Below are positions 37,445-49,494 of a stretch of DNA of 52,128 bases, piece by piece (position 1 is the first letter of the stretch; each line of letters begins with the position of its first letter). This DNA comes from Chiloscyllium plagiosum (taxonomy: Eukaryota): NCBI RefSeq assembly GCF_004010195.1, contig NC_057720.1, positions 14,355,729 through 14,407,856 on the forward strand, given 5' to 3'. Below the pieces are notes generated by a model. The model made no database searches, had not been told where the DNA came from, and worked only from the letters and a program-made list of their open reading frames with translations. The translations under genes were made by a program, and so were the position numbers.

Positions 37445-38690
37445 CCTAGTTCAGGGGTATTAATACACACCTCTCGAGCAGGTGGAAGTTGAACTGAGGC
37501 CTCTGGGCTGAGATAGGAACATTGTACCACAAGAACTCTTCTGCCGAATCATCATGTTATCCTGCAAGAATCAGCTGTTTTCAGTATTTACTAATCACCC
37601 TGTTCAGAAATGTTGTCACACACCTCTCGAACAGATGGGACATAGAGTCATAGAGTCATAGAGATGTACAGTGTGGAAACAGACCCTTCGGTCCAACCTA
37701 TCCATGCCAACCAGATATCCCAACCCAATCTAGTCCCACCTGCTAGCACCCGGCCCATATCCCTCCAAACCCTTCCTATTCATATACCCATCCAAATGCC
37801 TCTTAAATGTTGNNNNNNNNNNNNNNNNNNNNNNNNNNNNNNNNNNNNNNNNNNNNNNNNNNNNNNNNNNNNNNNNNNNNNNNNNNNNNNNNNNNNNNNN
37901 NNNNNNNNNNNNNNNNNNNNNNNNNNNNNNNNNNNNNNNNNNNNNNNNNNNNNNNNNNNNNNNNNNNNNNNNNNNNNNNNNNNNNNNNNNNNNNNNNNNN
38001 NNNNNNNNNNNNNNNNNNNNNNNNNNNNNNNNNNNNNNNNNNNNNNNNNNNNNNNNNNNNNNNNNNNNNNNNNNNNNNNNNNNNNNNNNNNNNNNNNNNN
38101 NNNNNNNNNNNNNNNNNNNNNNNNNNNNNNNNNNNNNNNNNNNNNNNNNNNNNNNNNNNNNNNNNNNNNNNNNNNNATTTATCTGAATTAAACTCCATCT
38201 GCCACTTCTCAGCCCATTGGCCCATCTGGTCAAGATCCTGTTGTAATCTGAGGTAACCCTCTTCGCTGTCCCCTAAACCTCCAATTTTGGTGTCATCTGC
38301 AAACTTACTAATTGTACCTCTTATGCTCACATCCAAATCATTTATGTAAATGACAAAAATTAGAGGGCCCAGCACCGATCCTTGTGGCACTCCACTGGTT
38401 ACAGGCCTCCAGTCTGAAAAACAACCCTCCACCACCATCCTCTGTCTTCTACCTTTGAGCCAGTTCTGTATCACATGAACCTAGGCCACCTGGTTAAGAG
38501 GTATGGACACTACACCACACCACAAGAGTCCTTCCGCCTGGTCAATTCTTTTTTACCCTATTTTTCTAATTAACATAGTTAGAGCTGTTATAATGCACGT
38601 CCAGAGCAAGTGGGACCTGAGCCGAGGACCTCCCATTCCACAGGTATAAACACTACCACTACACCACAAGAGTCTTTCTGCCTGGTCAAT
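37445..38690 (-). repeat. Three tandem short tRNA-head units; the middle one is split by a CR1
   Basis: Units at about 37445-37545, 37590-37640 plus 38473-38545, and 38557-38690; each ends ccacaaga...ttc(t/c)gcc. Confidence 0.7.
37641..38472 (-). mobile_element. CR1/HER1, 5'-truncated, containing an assembly gap (about 37813-38176)
   Basis: IQNWLKGRRQR...VTSGVPQGSVLGP...KFADDTK; FKRHLDGYMNRKG; (ctatgact)n tail. Confidence 0.93.
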
Positions 38691-38772
38691 AAACATTCCA
38701 CTTTATGCTCATCGCTGTCACATTTGTTTGATCCTTTTTGGGCTGACATACTGCAAACTGGGCTGGTGAATA

Positions 38773-39126
38773 CAGGTTTTCCCCGGGTTACAAACGCCTG
38801 TCTTATAAATGCCCGAATTTACGAACCAACCTCTGTAAATCCTATTGTTTTAAAAAATCGAGTTGCATACTAACAAACAGGTACTAACAAACAGGCGGAC
38901 TACTTTGCACAATGCTCAAAACACTGCGCGTTTTTTGTTACATTTATTATTATTTCTGTATTATTATATTTAAGATGCTTAGATAAAATAAATACTATAT
39001 ACTAAGACAAACATTTGAATAATTTACGCCAGATGTGAACCGTACGTAACTGTTCCGACTTACATACAAACTCGACTTAGGAACAGACTTAAAAACAGAA
39101 CTCTTCCATAAACCGGCAACTTCCTG
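38773..39126. mobile_element. Tigger/pogo-like (Tc1/mariner) non-autonomous DNA transposon
   Basis: TA flanks at 38771-38772 and 39127-39128; degenerate TIRs caggttttccccgggtta / taaaccggcaacttcctg; subterminal cgactta motifs. Confidence 0.7.
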
Positions 39127-39353
39127 TACTCAATGACAAATGAGTGCACATTTTTGTGTCAGGAGTATTGCATCCTAACTCCCTGCTGTGGTCACTAGCC
39201 CTCTGTGACATGACTTTCAACTCTTGCTGTGCAGATGCAGTCACAGATTTGATGGGTAGAATGTGTGGTAAAATCATGACTTTGATTTATTCTTTGTTGA
39301 TTTCCTCAACAGCTCAACTGTCTTCAAGCCAGTCAATATGATCAAACCATAGT

Positions 39354-39583
39354 CGGCAGCATGGTGGCACAGTGGTTAGCACTGCTGCCTCACAGCGCCA
39401 GAGACCCGGGTTCAGTTCTTTCCTCTGGGTGCTCCAGTTTCCTCCCACAGTCCAAAAATGTGCAGGTTAGGTGAATTGGTCATAGTGTTAGGTAAGGGAC
39501 AAATGTATGGGTGGGTGGCGGGTCAGTGTGGACTTGTTGGGCCGAAGGGCCTGTTTCCACACTGTAAAGTAATCTAATCTAAT
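39354..39583 (+). mobile_element. HE1-type SINE with internal deletions
   Basis: Head nearly identical to 7426; (aatct)n tail. Confidence 0.88.
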
Positions 39584-39757
39584 CACTCTGCTTCCTTTGA
39601 CATTTTCTTACAAACTCACTGGTGTAAAGAGTGAGCAATAAATAAGCTTGTACATGAACACATGATCTCCAACACTCCAAACTACCAACCCGAATTCAAT
39701 GAGCCAAGCCATAGGTGGGTACTTTCTCACTGCTTTGGAAATCACCATGGACAGTGA

Positions 39758-39975
39758 AGAGGTCTTGTAGTACTGTGGTATCAGCCATTCTTCTGGTATG
39801 GAAGCTCCATATTTGTGTTCCACTTCAGGACGAAATGCCCACAGATGATGTATTTATGACAGAGCCAAATAGGTTGATCATCAGCCTGTAAATCCTTCCA
39901 GGCTGATAGCAGGTAACTTTCCTGGTTAGTTATTTTGCAGAAGACAGTGGCAAACCTCTGCAATAATTTACCAAA
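39758..39975 (+). mobile_element. Old SINE with tRNA-like head and possible RTE-like tail
   Basis: ggtcttgtagtactgtggt head, aggttgat motif shared with the short units, gaagacagtggcaaacc tail. Confidence 0.4.
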
Positions 39976-39999
39976 TATAAATACAGAAAGTAATTTTTA

Positions 40000-40345
40000 A
40001 AAATTTATTCACAAGATGAGGGTATTACCAGCTAGGCCAGCATTTATTGCTCATCCCTAATTGCCCAGAGGGCAGCTAGAAGTCATCACTGTGGGTCTGG
40101 AGTCACGTGTAGGGCAGACCAGGTAAGGGAAGCAGCTTTGTTCCTTAAAGGGCATTAGTGAACCAGATGGTTTTTTCCTAAGAATTGGCAACAGATTCAC
40201 AGTCATCATCAGACTCTTAATTCCAGCTTTTTATTGGATTCAAATTCAACCACCTTTTCGGGCAGGATTTGAACATAGGTCTCCAGAACATTAGAACAGT
40301 CTCTGGATTAATAGTCTGGTGATAATACCACTAGGTCATCACCTT
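40000..40345 (-). mobile_element. tRNA-derived SINE (second family)
   Basis: Colinear with 23117-23463. Confidence 0.75.
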
Positions 40346-40574
40346 CCCACTTCACATGTAGCACCTTGATAACAAGATAAGAAATCCTTGAAAACAAGTA
40401 TGAATTATGCCCCACATCACTAAATTAAGTCTCGTAAATAAGCAGCCTAGTGTTTCTGGAAGTTGCTGATGACCATGTTCTGAAGTAGCCAAAATCTTGT
40501 TCAGCCACCAATTTAATAAAAACATCACCTTTCTATGTTCACTGGAATGATTCCATGGATTTAGGATGGCAGTC

Positions 40575-40910
40575 ACATGACTGAAATAGACCAGAGGAGA
40601 AGGGTTTGAAACTACTTAAAGCAGAGAAGATCAAAAGATTTCATTAGAAGTGTTTAAAATGGTGAAGGGTTTATATAAATTGAAGAAAGAGAAACTAAAG
40701 TGGTGGAAACTATATTTAAGGAGACTGGGGAGAGAACCAGAGGTGCCCTGAGGAAAGGTTCTGTTACACAAACAGTTAATATTTGGAATGTTCTGCCAGA
40801 TAGAGTGGTGGAAACAAATATAGTAGTAGCCTTCAATTGGAAGAATTGGATAAATACTTAATGAAGCAAAGAACAGGAGAGTGGAACTAACCAGATTATT
40901 CTTTGAATGA
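40575..40910 (+). mobile_element. Old CR1 3' fragment
   Basis: DFIRSV/EVFKMVKG-like codons; ttggaatgttctgccagatagagtggtggaa. Confidence 0.55.
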
Positions 40911-40974
40911 TGCTGACAATACCAACTTGTAAATATCACAAGTCAATTGTTCATGCTAAGTTTCAAGTCTTCTA

Positions 40975-41175
40975 TTTCCTGGCCAACATTCTTCTCTTAA
41001 CCAAGATAATCAAAAATGGATTATCCAGGCATTCATTCCATTGCTGTCTGTGAAATGTTGTTGTGTCTTAATTAACTTCTACACACAGCCACAAAACAAT
41101 GACTACATTTCAACAGTAAATTCACCAGGCGTGAGGTTTGTTCAACACCTAGAGGGTGAATTATTGAAAAGGTAT
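40975..41175 (+). mobile_element. Deu-domain SINE fragment
   Basis: tcctggccaacatt...gattatccaggcattcattccattgctgtctgtg...gactacatttcaa. Confidence 0.55.
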
Positions 41176-41198
41176 GTTTTTCCATTCTACCAATGCAA

Positions 41199-41492
41199 CT
41201 TAGATTACTTGCAGCGTGGAAACAGGCTCTTTGGCCCAACAAGTCCACACCAACCCTCTGAAGAGCAGCCCATCCAGACCCATTCCCCTACACCTAACAC
41301 TACGGGCAATTTAGCACGGGCAATCTAACCTGCACATTTTTGGACTGTGGGAGGAAACAAGAGCACCCGGAGGAAACCCATGCAGACACAGGGAGAATGT
41401 GCAAACTCCATACAGACAGTTGCCTGAGGTGGGAATCGAACCCGGGTCTCTGGTGCTGTGAGGTAGCAGTGCTGACCACTGTGCCACCATGT
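41199..41492 (-). mobile_element. HE1-type SINE
   Basis: Same family as 7426. Confidence 0.9.
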
Positions 41493-41551
41493 CACCCGCC
41501 ATGTTCTTCAAATAATGTTCCTCACCAAACTGATTTATTTAAATAATTTAA

Positions 41552-41710
41552 AAGCCAAGAGAACTGTCGATGCTGTAAATCAGAAACAAAAACAGACGGT
41601 GCTGGAAAAGCTCAGCAGGTCTGGCAGTATCATTGAAGAGAAATCAAAGTTAACGTTTCGGGTCTGGTGACCCTTCCTCAGAACTTTTCCAACAACCTCT
41701 GTTCTTGTTT
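41552..41710 (-). mobile_element. PLE terminal element (second family) with short inverted end
   Basis: gatgctgtaaatcagaaacaaaaacagacggtgctggaaaagctcagcagg...; inverted cttttccaacaacctctgttcttgttt. Confidence 0.75.
41652..41681 (-). ncRNA. Minimal hammerhead ribozyme core (second PLE family)
   Basis: CUGAGGA-A-GGGUC(ACCA)GACCC-GAAA-CGUU, flanked by aaaguu/aacuuu as stem I. Confidence 0.72.
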
Positions 41711-41970
41711 ATTCACATAATATACCTGACTGGGGAATCTGGCCACAACAAAATCCAGTGACCAAACAGAAAGTACTAAAGTAAGAAATAAAAAAAATCA
41801 TTGTCAAAAATTGGATTGAACTAAACCAAGGCCCGAATTTTTATTTCCAAGTTGGGAGCTCAGAGTTGAGAAAATTCCCAACTCTGCAAACCTGCCAGGG
41901 AGACAGTGCACCAGACAGCTGGGTGTGTTCCATAACCACCAGAAAGAGTTTAGAGATAATCATGAGTAGG

Positions 41971-42067
41971 TTTCCTGATGAAGGAAGGACTCCTGCCCGC
42001 AATGTCGATTTTCCTGCTCCGCGGATGCTGCCTGACCTGCTGTGCTTTTCCAGCACCACTCTAATCT
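41971..42067 (+). mobile_element. Solo PLE terminal piece with mutated hammerhead
   Basis: ttcctgatgaagg...gtcgattttcctgctccgcggatgctgcctgacctg. Confidence 0.8.
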
Positions 42068-43075
42068 TGCTATGGAAAAGCCCAACTCAGTGATCTGGGA
42101 CTTCTTTGTGGCTGTTAATAAAAAAACAAAAACTGCCCTCATTCTTTATGCCTACTCTCCCCAACACACATACACGCCATGCTTCATCCATACAAACCAT
42201 GCTCCCCGGTGCTTCCAACAAACACCATGGACCCCTATTCCCTCCAGGCCAACCTATGACACTCTACTCACAATCCTACATGGTCCCTCATCCTCCATGG
42301 TAACCGATGCAACCTTATCCATCCATGGCACTTTATAGCCCACTCTCCCATGCTAATTTAGTGCTAACTCATACAACGCATGCCTCCACCCACCACCAGC
42401 TGTTCTTACACCCTCTGTACTAACTCATTCTCTATCCACATTCGGAAGACCGCAGGATCCATACTGAGATGAAATGGAATGGATTGTTAAGTGAATATTG
42501 ATAAATTCAATAAATAAATTTTAAATAAAGCGATCTCAAATGTTAAAAATTATAGACTCCTTTCATTGCTCAGAGTTTCAGTTGTGAGATTCTCTCTGCT
42601 TGGTGAAGCTGTTAGCGGGAAGATTTGGGCTTGAATTTTCCTAATGCTGGGAGAGCCTGTTTGACTTATCCACATTGTGGCAGAGTCCGATTCAGGAGGT
42701 GCCACCCATTAGACCATAAGACATATGAGCAGAAATTAGGCCATTCGGCCCATCGAGTCTGCTCTGCTATTTGATCATGGTTGATAAGTTTCTCAACCCC
42801 ATTCTCCTGCTTTTTCCTCATAACCTTTGATCCCCTTGACAATCAAGAACCTATCTATCTCTGTTTTAAATATACTCAATAACCCAGCCTCTGTAGCCTT
42901 TGTTTAAATAAATTAATTAGATGTTTAAATAAAAAAATCTCATTGATAAAAATCTATCACTGCATTTAATTTTCTTCAACCAGTAAATTGCATGTAAAAA
43001 CAAGTTTCTGTATTCATTTTGCCATTTCAAAGACTTAATAAGCATTTAGGTCTTTCAATAAGTAAATAAATTGGG

Positions 43076-43396
43076 TCAGCACGGTGGCTCAGTGGTTAGC
43101 ACTATTGCCTCACAGCGTCAGGGACCCGGTTTCAATTCCCATCTTAGGCAACTGTCTGTGTGGAGTTTGCACATTCTCCCTGTGTCTGCGTGGGTTTCCT
43201 CCGGGTGCTCTGGTTTCCTCCCACCGTCCAATGATGTGCAGGTTAGGTGAATTGGCCTTGCTAAATTGCCCATACTGTTAGGTGCACTAGTCAGTAAATG
43301 TAGGAGAATGGGTCTGGGTGGATTGCTCTTTGGAGGGTTGGGGTGGACTTGTTGGGCCGAAGGGCCTGTTTCCCCACTGTAGGGAATCTAATCTAA
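43076..43396 (+). mobile_element. HE1-type SINE, full length
   Basis: A/B boxes, V-like centre, (aatct)n tail. Confidence 0.9.
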
Positions 43397-43690
43397 TAAA
43401 TGAATGAATAGGCAGGTACCTTGCTGGATGATAGATTGTGAAATCTGTCATGGGGCACAGCTCCCATAATAGTAGTCCTCAGGCTTATGTCAACAGATGT
43501 AGTGAAATAGCAAGCACTGAAAGATTTTTACCCTGCAGGTCGTTTGTTTCTTTGAAAAATCTAAAGGCCTAAGAAATATAAATGCCTTGTCAATTTGACG
43601 GTTCCCTTGACAGTTTAACAGTTCCGTTGACCTCAACAGTTCCAATGAGTTTATCAACTTTTCATCCACACTTATGTCACAGTATAATCC

Positions 43691-43822
43691 ATTCCTGATG
43701 AATGGCTTTTGCCTGAAACATCGATTTTCCTGTTCCTGGGATGCTGCCTGACTTGCTGTGCTTTTCCAGCACCACTCCAATCTAGACTCTGATTTCCAGC
43801 ATCTGCAGTCCTCACTTTTGCC
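43691..43822 (+). mobile_element. Solo PLE terminal piece with degenerate 14-bp TSD
   Basis: Flanks tcac(ag/ct)tataatcc at 43677-43690 and 43823-43836. Confidence 0.82.
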
Positions 43823-44107
43823 TCACCTTATAATCCCAAAGGACAATTGACTTCTCTCAATGGGCAGAAAATCTCTTACATTGGCACCTTACCTCTCCAA
43901 AAAGTTGTCTCTGGACCTATCCAAAAGAGCACTTTGCCTCTCTAAATATCACTGTCAACTTCAAACCTTTTCCTGAAAAGTGTAAAGCCCCCATGTCAGG
44001 TTTTGGATATACCACGAGCAAAATCGGTATGTGCAGCTGTCACCATGAACCATAACTTGCCCTCATTCCTTACCCCTCCACAGTGAAAATGATGCGTGCT
44101 TGGCTTA

Positions 44108-44562
44108 AGGGTGCTTAACATATGAGGAACATTTCAGGACTTTGGGTCTATACTCGATGGAGTTTAGAAGAATGGGGTGGGGGGATTTAATCGAAACGTA
44201 CAGAATACTAAATGGTCGGGGTAGAGTGGACATTGGGAAGATGTTTTCCTTGGCAGCAGAGGCTAGAACCTGAGGGCACAGCCTTAGATAAAGGGAAGGC
44301 CCTTAAGACGGAGATAAGGAGAAACGACTTCAGTCAGAGAATGATGAATCTGTGGAATTAATTGCCGCAGAAGGCTATGGAGGCCAGGCAATTGAATATA
44401 TTTAAAATAGAGATAGATAGGTTCTTGATTGTCAAGGGGATCAAAGGTTATGAGGAGAGAGCAGGAGAATGGGGTTGAGAAACTTATCAACCATGATCAA
44501 ATAGAGGATCAGATTCGATGGGCCAAATGGCCTAATTTCTGCTCCTGTGTCTTATGATCTTA
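44108..44562 (+). mobile_element. CR1 3' end
   Basis: LTYEEHFRTLGLYSMEFRRM...FSQRMMNLWN. Confidence 0.85.
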
Positions 44563-45334
44563 CGGGTGGCACCTCCAGAATCAGAGCTCTGCCACAATGT
44601 GAATAAGCCAGACAGGCTCTCCCAGCATTAGGAAAATTCAAGCCCAAATCTTTCGACTAACAGCTCCACCAAGCAGAGAGAATCTCACAACTGAAACTCT
44701 GGCAATGAAAGGAGCCTATAATTTTTAACATTTGAGATCACCTTCAAAATCTACAAAGCTCCAGAAAAAAGCTACAGATTATTTATGTGAAGGATTTTAA
44801 AGTCAAAGATGTCCATAATATCAGTTTTTTGTCAAAGTTTTTTGACAGTTCAAATTTTATTCAGAGACCTTTTCTATTAGTGTTTGCGCAAGACATGAAC
44901 AGATTTTTCAATTGTGCCACATTTTATATTAAGAGCTCCACACATAATGAATAAGTCTATGAAAAGTAGCAAATGCGTACTTTGGTGACATTCATTACAA
45001 AGCAAATTAACATTCCACACTATCAACTTCATTAATTCCCATGCTCTCTGGCCCAGCTCAGGAGATTTTACAGATTTTTTTGGCTCTGTCCGGGATGCCC
45101 CAGGCAATAATAAGAAGTGAGTGTTCTTGCACGATACTAATCCACTCCCCTGCAGTTTAGCCTGGAGTGGTGTCAATAATTGTCTATTAGTTAAATATAG
45201 GGAGCAGTTCTCTTAAATGTATCAAAATATTCAAATGCAGCAAAAAGCAAAAAAAAGCTGACCCCAAATTAACCACTTTTAAGATGATTCCTTCAGCTGC
45301 AGTACTTTACTGTTGCCGTTAGTTTATAAATACA

Positions 45335-48300
45335 CAGAGTCATAGAGATGTACAACATGGAAACAGACCCTTTGGTCCATGCCGACCAGATGTCCTAACT
45401 TAATCTAGTTCCATTTGCTAGCACTTGACCCATATCCCCCTAAACCCATCCAGATGCCTTTTCAACGTTGTAATCGTACCAGCCTCCACCACTTCCTGTG
45501 GCAGCTCATTCCATGCACACACCACCCTCTGTGTGAAAAAATTGCCCCTTATGTCCCTTTTAAATTGTTCCCCTCTCATCCTAAAAAGTGTAAGAAGGCA
45601 GTGCAGGTATCCTCTGTGGTCATCTCCCTCCAAAACAGATATACCGTTTCGGATACTGTTGGGGGAGATGACTCACCAGGGGAGGACAGCAGTTGCCAGG
45701 ATCATGGCACCATGGCGGGCACTGCTGTTCAGAAGGGCAGGAAAAAGACTTGTTGGGCCATAGTCATAGGGCATTCTATTGTGAGGGAAGTAGATAGGCG
45801 GTTTAGATTAGATTAGATTAGATTACAGTGTGGAAACAGGCCCTTCGGCCCAACAAGTCCACATGCCTCCCAGGTGCTCGGGTCAGGGATGTCACCGATC
45901 AGCTGCAGAGCATTCTAAAAGGGGAGGGTGAACAGCCTGTTGTCTTGGTGCATATAGGCTCCAACGATATAAGTAAAAAATGAGATGAGGTCCTGGAAGC
46001 AGAATTCAAGGAGCTAGGAGAGAAGTTAAAAAGGAGGACCTCAAAGGTAGTGATCTCGGGATTACTACCAGTGCCACGTGTTAGCCATCGTAGAAATGAA
46101 AAAATAAGCAGGTGAACATGTGGCTTGAGGGATAGTACAGGAGGGAGGGGTTCAGATTTGTTGAACATTGGGACTGGTTCTGGGGAAGGTGGGACTATTA
46201 CAAATTGGACGGTCCACACTTGAACCAGACTGGAACTAATGGCCTTGGGGGAGTTTTTGCTACTGCAGTTGGGGAGGTTTTAAACTAATGTAGAAGAGAA
46301 GACAAGTAGACAGTGAGGTGGAAACTGGAGATTGTAAGAATCATGAAGATAACATTAATAAGGGGAAGAGTAGACAGAGAGCAGATGAACGCAAAAGAAC
46401 TGGTGGCCTGAAGTGCATATACTTTAATGCAAGGAGTATAGTGGGTAAGGCAGATGAACTTGGGGCTTGGACTGGTGCCTGAGAGTATGACATTATTGCA
46501 ATCACAGAGACTTGGTTCAAGGAAGGGCATGATTGGCAACTAAATGTTCCAGGATATAGATGCTTCAGACAGGACAGGGAGGGAAGTAAAAGGGGGGGAA
46601 GAGTTGCATTGCTGGTCAGGGATGATATCACGGCTGTGTTAAAGGAGGACGCTATGGAAGGTTTGAGTAGTGAAGCATTATGGGTGGAGCTGAGAAATAA
46701 GAAGGGTGCAGTTACATTGATGGGGCTGTATTACAGGCCAAATAGGTAAACAGATTATGGAAAGATGTAGAGGCAACAGGGTAGTGATGATGGGAGATTT
46801 TAATGTTCCCAACATTGACTGAGATACACTTAGTGTCAGAGGTCTGGATGGGGCAGAATTTGGAAGAAGCGTCCAGTGGAGTTTTCTAGAGCAGTATGTC
46901 AATAGTCCGATGAGACCACATTAGACCTGGTGTTGGGGAATGAGCCAAGCCAGGTGGTAGAAGGTGCGGTGGGGGATTTCTTTGGGAACAGTGACCACAA
47001 TTCTGCAAGTTTTAGAATACTCGTAGATAAAGAAGAGAGTGGTCCTAAGGGAAGAGTACTAAACTGGGCCAAGGCCAATTATATCAAAATTAGGCAGGAA
47101 ATGTGGATTGGACACAGCTATTTGAAGGGAAGTCCACATTTGAGATGTGGGAGGCTTTCAAAGATAGGTTAAAGATAATGCAGGAGAGGCATGTCCTACT
47201 GAAAGCAAAGGATAGGAAAGGCAAGATTTGTGAACTGTGGATGACAGCAGAAATCATACGACTAGCCAAGAGGAAAAGGGAAGCATACATAAGATCTAGG
47301 CAGCTAAGAATAGAACAGGTCCTGGAGAAATATCGGGAGAGTAGGATCAGTTTTAAATGAGGAATCAAGTGGGCTAAAAGGGGTTATAAAATAGCTTTAG
47401 CGAGCAGAATTAAGGAGAATCCCAAAACCTTTAATTCTTATATAAGAAGCAAGAGGGTAACTCGAGAAAGGATTAGTCCACTATGGATAATGACAGAAGG
47501 CTGTGTGTCAACCTGAGAGAATAGGTAAGATTCTGAATGATTACTTTGTGTCAGTGTTCACTGAGGAGAGGAACATGATGAATGTTGAGATTAGAGATAG
47601 AAGTTTGATAAGTAGGGAAGGTATGTTGGGAGAGGAAATAGCTGGGGCCCTGACAGATATCTTTGTGGCATCCTTAAACACAAGTGAGGTGCCAGAGGAC
47701 TGGAGGGTTGCTCATGTTGTCCCTCTGTACAAGAAGGATAGTAGGGATATTCCGGGTAACTACAGATCAGTGAGCCTGATGTCAGTGGTGGGGAGGTTGC
47801 TGGAGAAGGTACTGAGGGATAAAATCTATTTATATTTAGAAAAGATCGGGCTTATCAGTGATAGGCAACATGGTTTTGTGCGGGGGAGATCATTACCAAC
47901 TTAATAGAGTTCTTTGCGGAAGTGACCAAGTTGATAGATGAAGGAAGGGCTGTTGATGTCATATACATGGACTTTAGTAAGGAATTTGATAAGGTTTCCC
48001 ATGGTAGGCTAATGGAGAAAGTGAAGTCACATGGTGTGCAGGGTTTTCTAGCTAGGTGGATAAAGAACTGGTTGAGCAACAGGAGATAGAGTGTAGTAGT
48101 TGAAGGGAGTTTCTTGAAATGGAGAAAGGTGACCAATGGTGTTCCACAGGGGTCAGTATTGGGGCCACTTTTGTTTGTAATATACATAAATGATCTGGAA
48201 GAGGGCACTGTTGGTATGATCAGCAAGTTTGCAGATGACACAAAGATTGGTGGAGTAGCAGAAAGCATAAGGGACTGTCAGAGAATACAGGAGGATATAG

Positions 48301-49395
48301 ATAGACTGGAGAGTTGGGTGGAGAATTGGCAGATGGAATTCAATCCAGGCAAATATGAGGTGATGCATTTTGAGAAGTCTAATTCTAGAGTAAATTATAC
48401 AGTAAACGAAAGAGTCTTGCGAAAAGTTAATGAGCAGAGAGATCTGGGAGTGCAGGTCCATTGTACCCTGAAGGTTGCTGCACAGGTGGATAGGGTGGTC
48501 AAGAAGGCGTATGGTATGCTTGCCTTCATCGGATGGGGTATTGAGTATAAGAGCTGGCAGATCATGTTAAAATTGTACACAACGTTGGTTCGGCTGCATT
48601 AGAATACAGTGTACAGTTCTGGTCAACACATTACCAAAAGGATGTGGAGGCTTTGGAGAGGGTACAGAAAAGGTTTACGAGGATGTTGCCTGGTATGGAA
48701 GGTGCTAGCTATGAAGACAGGTTGAGTGGGTAGGATTGTTTGCATTAGAAAGAAGGAGATTAGGGGGACCTGATTGAGGTCTACAAAATCAGGAAGGGTA
48801 TAGACAGGGTAGATACAGAAATGCTTTTTCACAGGGTGAAGGATTCAATAACGAGGGGTCATGCTTTCAAGGTGAGAGGTGAAAAGTTTTAGAAGGATAC
48901 ATGCAGCAAATACTTTACACAGAGGGTGGTAGGTGCCTGGACTGTGTTGCCAGCAGAGGTGGTAGAGGCAGGCACGGTAGATTCATTTAAGGTGTGTCTG
49001 GACAGATGCATGAGTAGATGGGGAGCAGAGGGATACAGATGCTTAGGAATTGGGCGACAGATTTAGACAGTGGATTCGGATCGGCTCAGGCTTAGAGGGC
49101 TGAAGGGTCTGTTCCTGGGCTGTAAATTGTTTTTGTCCTTTGTTCTAAACCTATGCCCTTAAGTTCTGGACCCCCCACCTGGGGAAATGACCTTGTCTAT
49201 TTATCTTATCCATGCCCCTCATGATTTTATAAACCTTGATATGGTCACCCTTCAGTCTCCAATGCTCCAGGGAAAACAGCCCCAGCCTCTTCAGCCTCTC
49301 CCTATAGCTCAAATCCTCCAACCCTGGCAACATCCTTGTAAATCTTTTCAAGTTTCACAACCTCCTTCTGATAGGAAAGAGACCAGAATCGCACA
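45335..49395 (-). mobile_element. CR1/HER1 3' end split into 45335-45585 and 49145-49395 by a long CR1
   Basis: ccctctcatc-ctaaa | ctaaa-cctatgccc rejoins; ctaaa duplicated at 45581-45585 and 49145-49149. Confidence 0.85.
45586..49144 (+). mobile_element. Near-full-length decayed CR1 LINE: ORF1 esterase-like part (about 45590-46290) and ORF2 APE-RT (about 46400-49030)
   Basis: LQNRY, IVIGHSIVR, CLPGARV, VHIGSND; YFNARSIVGKADEL, DIIAITETW, MGDFN, SDH, VPEDWR, GNYRSVSL, DFSKEFDKV, GVPQGSVLGP, KFADDTK. Multiple stops and frameshifts. HE1 tail inserted at about 45802-45863. Confidence 0.95.
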
Positions 49396-49494
49396 CATGT
49401 TTTATTGCCCTGTGATTTCAGACCAGGAGGAAACAAAGTGATGGATACAGACATACAGAATTTGCAGTTTATCTTCCATATCCATTTTACAGGT

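Larger units (their letters stand above)
42532..44739. repeat. Inverted duplication: 42532-42900 vs 44371-44739 (CR1 3' end plus about 180 bp of flank)
   Basis: For example gagtttcagttgtgagattctctctgcttgg / ccaagcagagagaatctcacaactgaaactc; the same CR1-flank junction is in both arms. Confidence 0.9.

Noticed and set aside
37664..38474. 150-220 aa ORFs
   Set aside because: CR1 fragments bridged by an N gap.
1996..43396. tRNA gene calls on A/B-box-containing segments
   Set aside because: All continue into SINE bodies and lack a complete cloverleaf.
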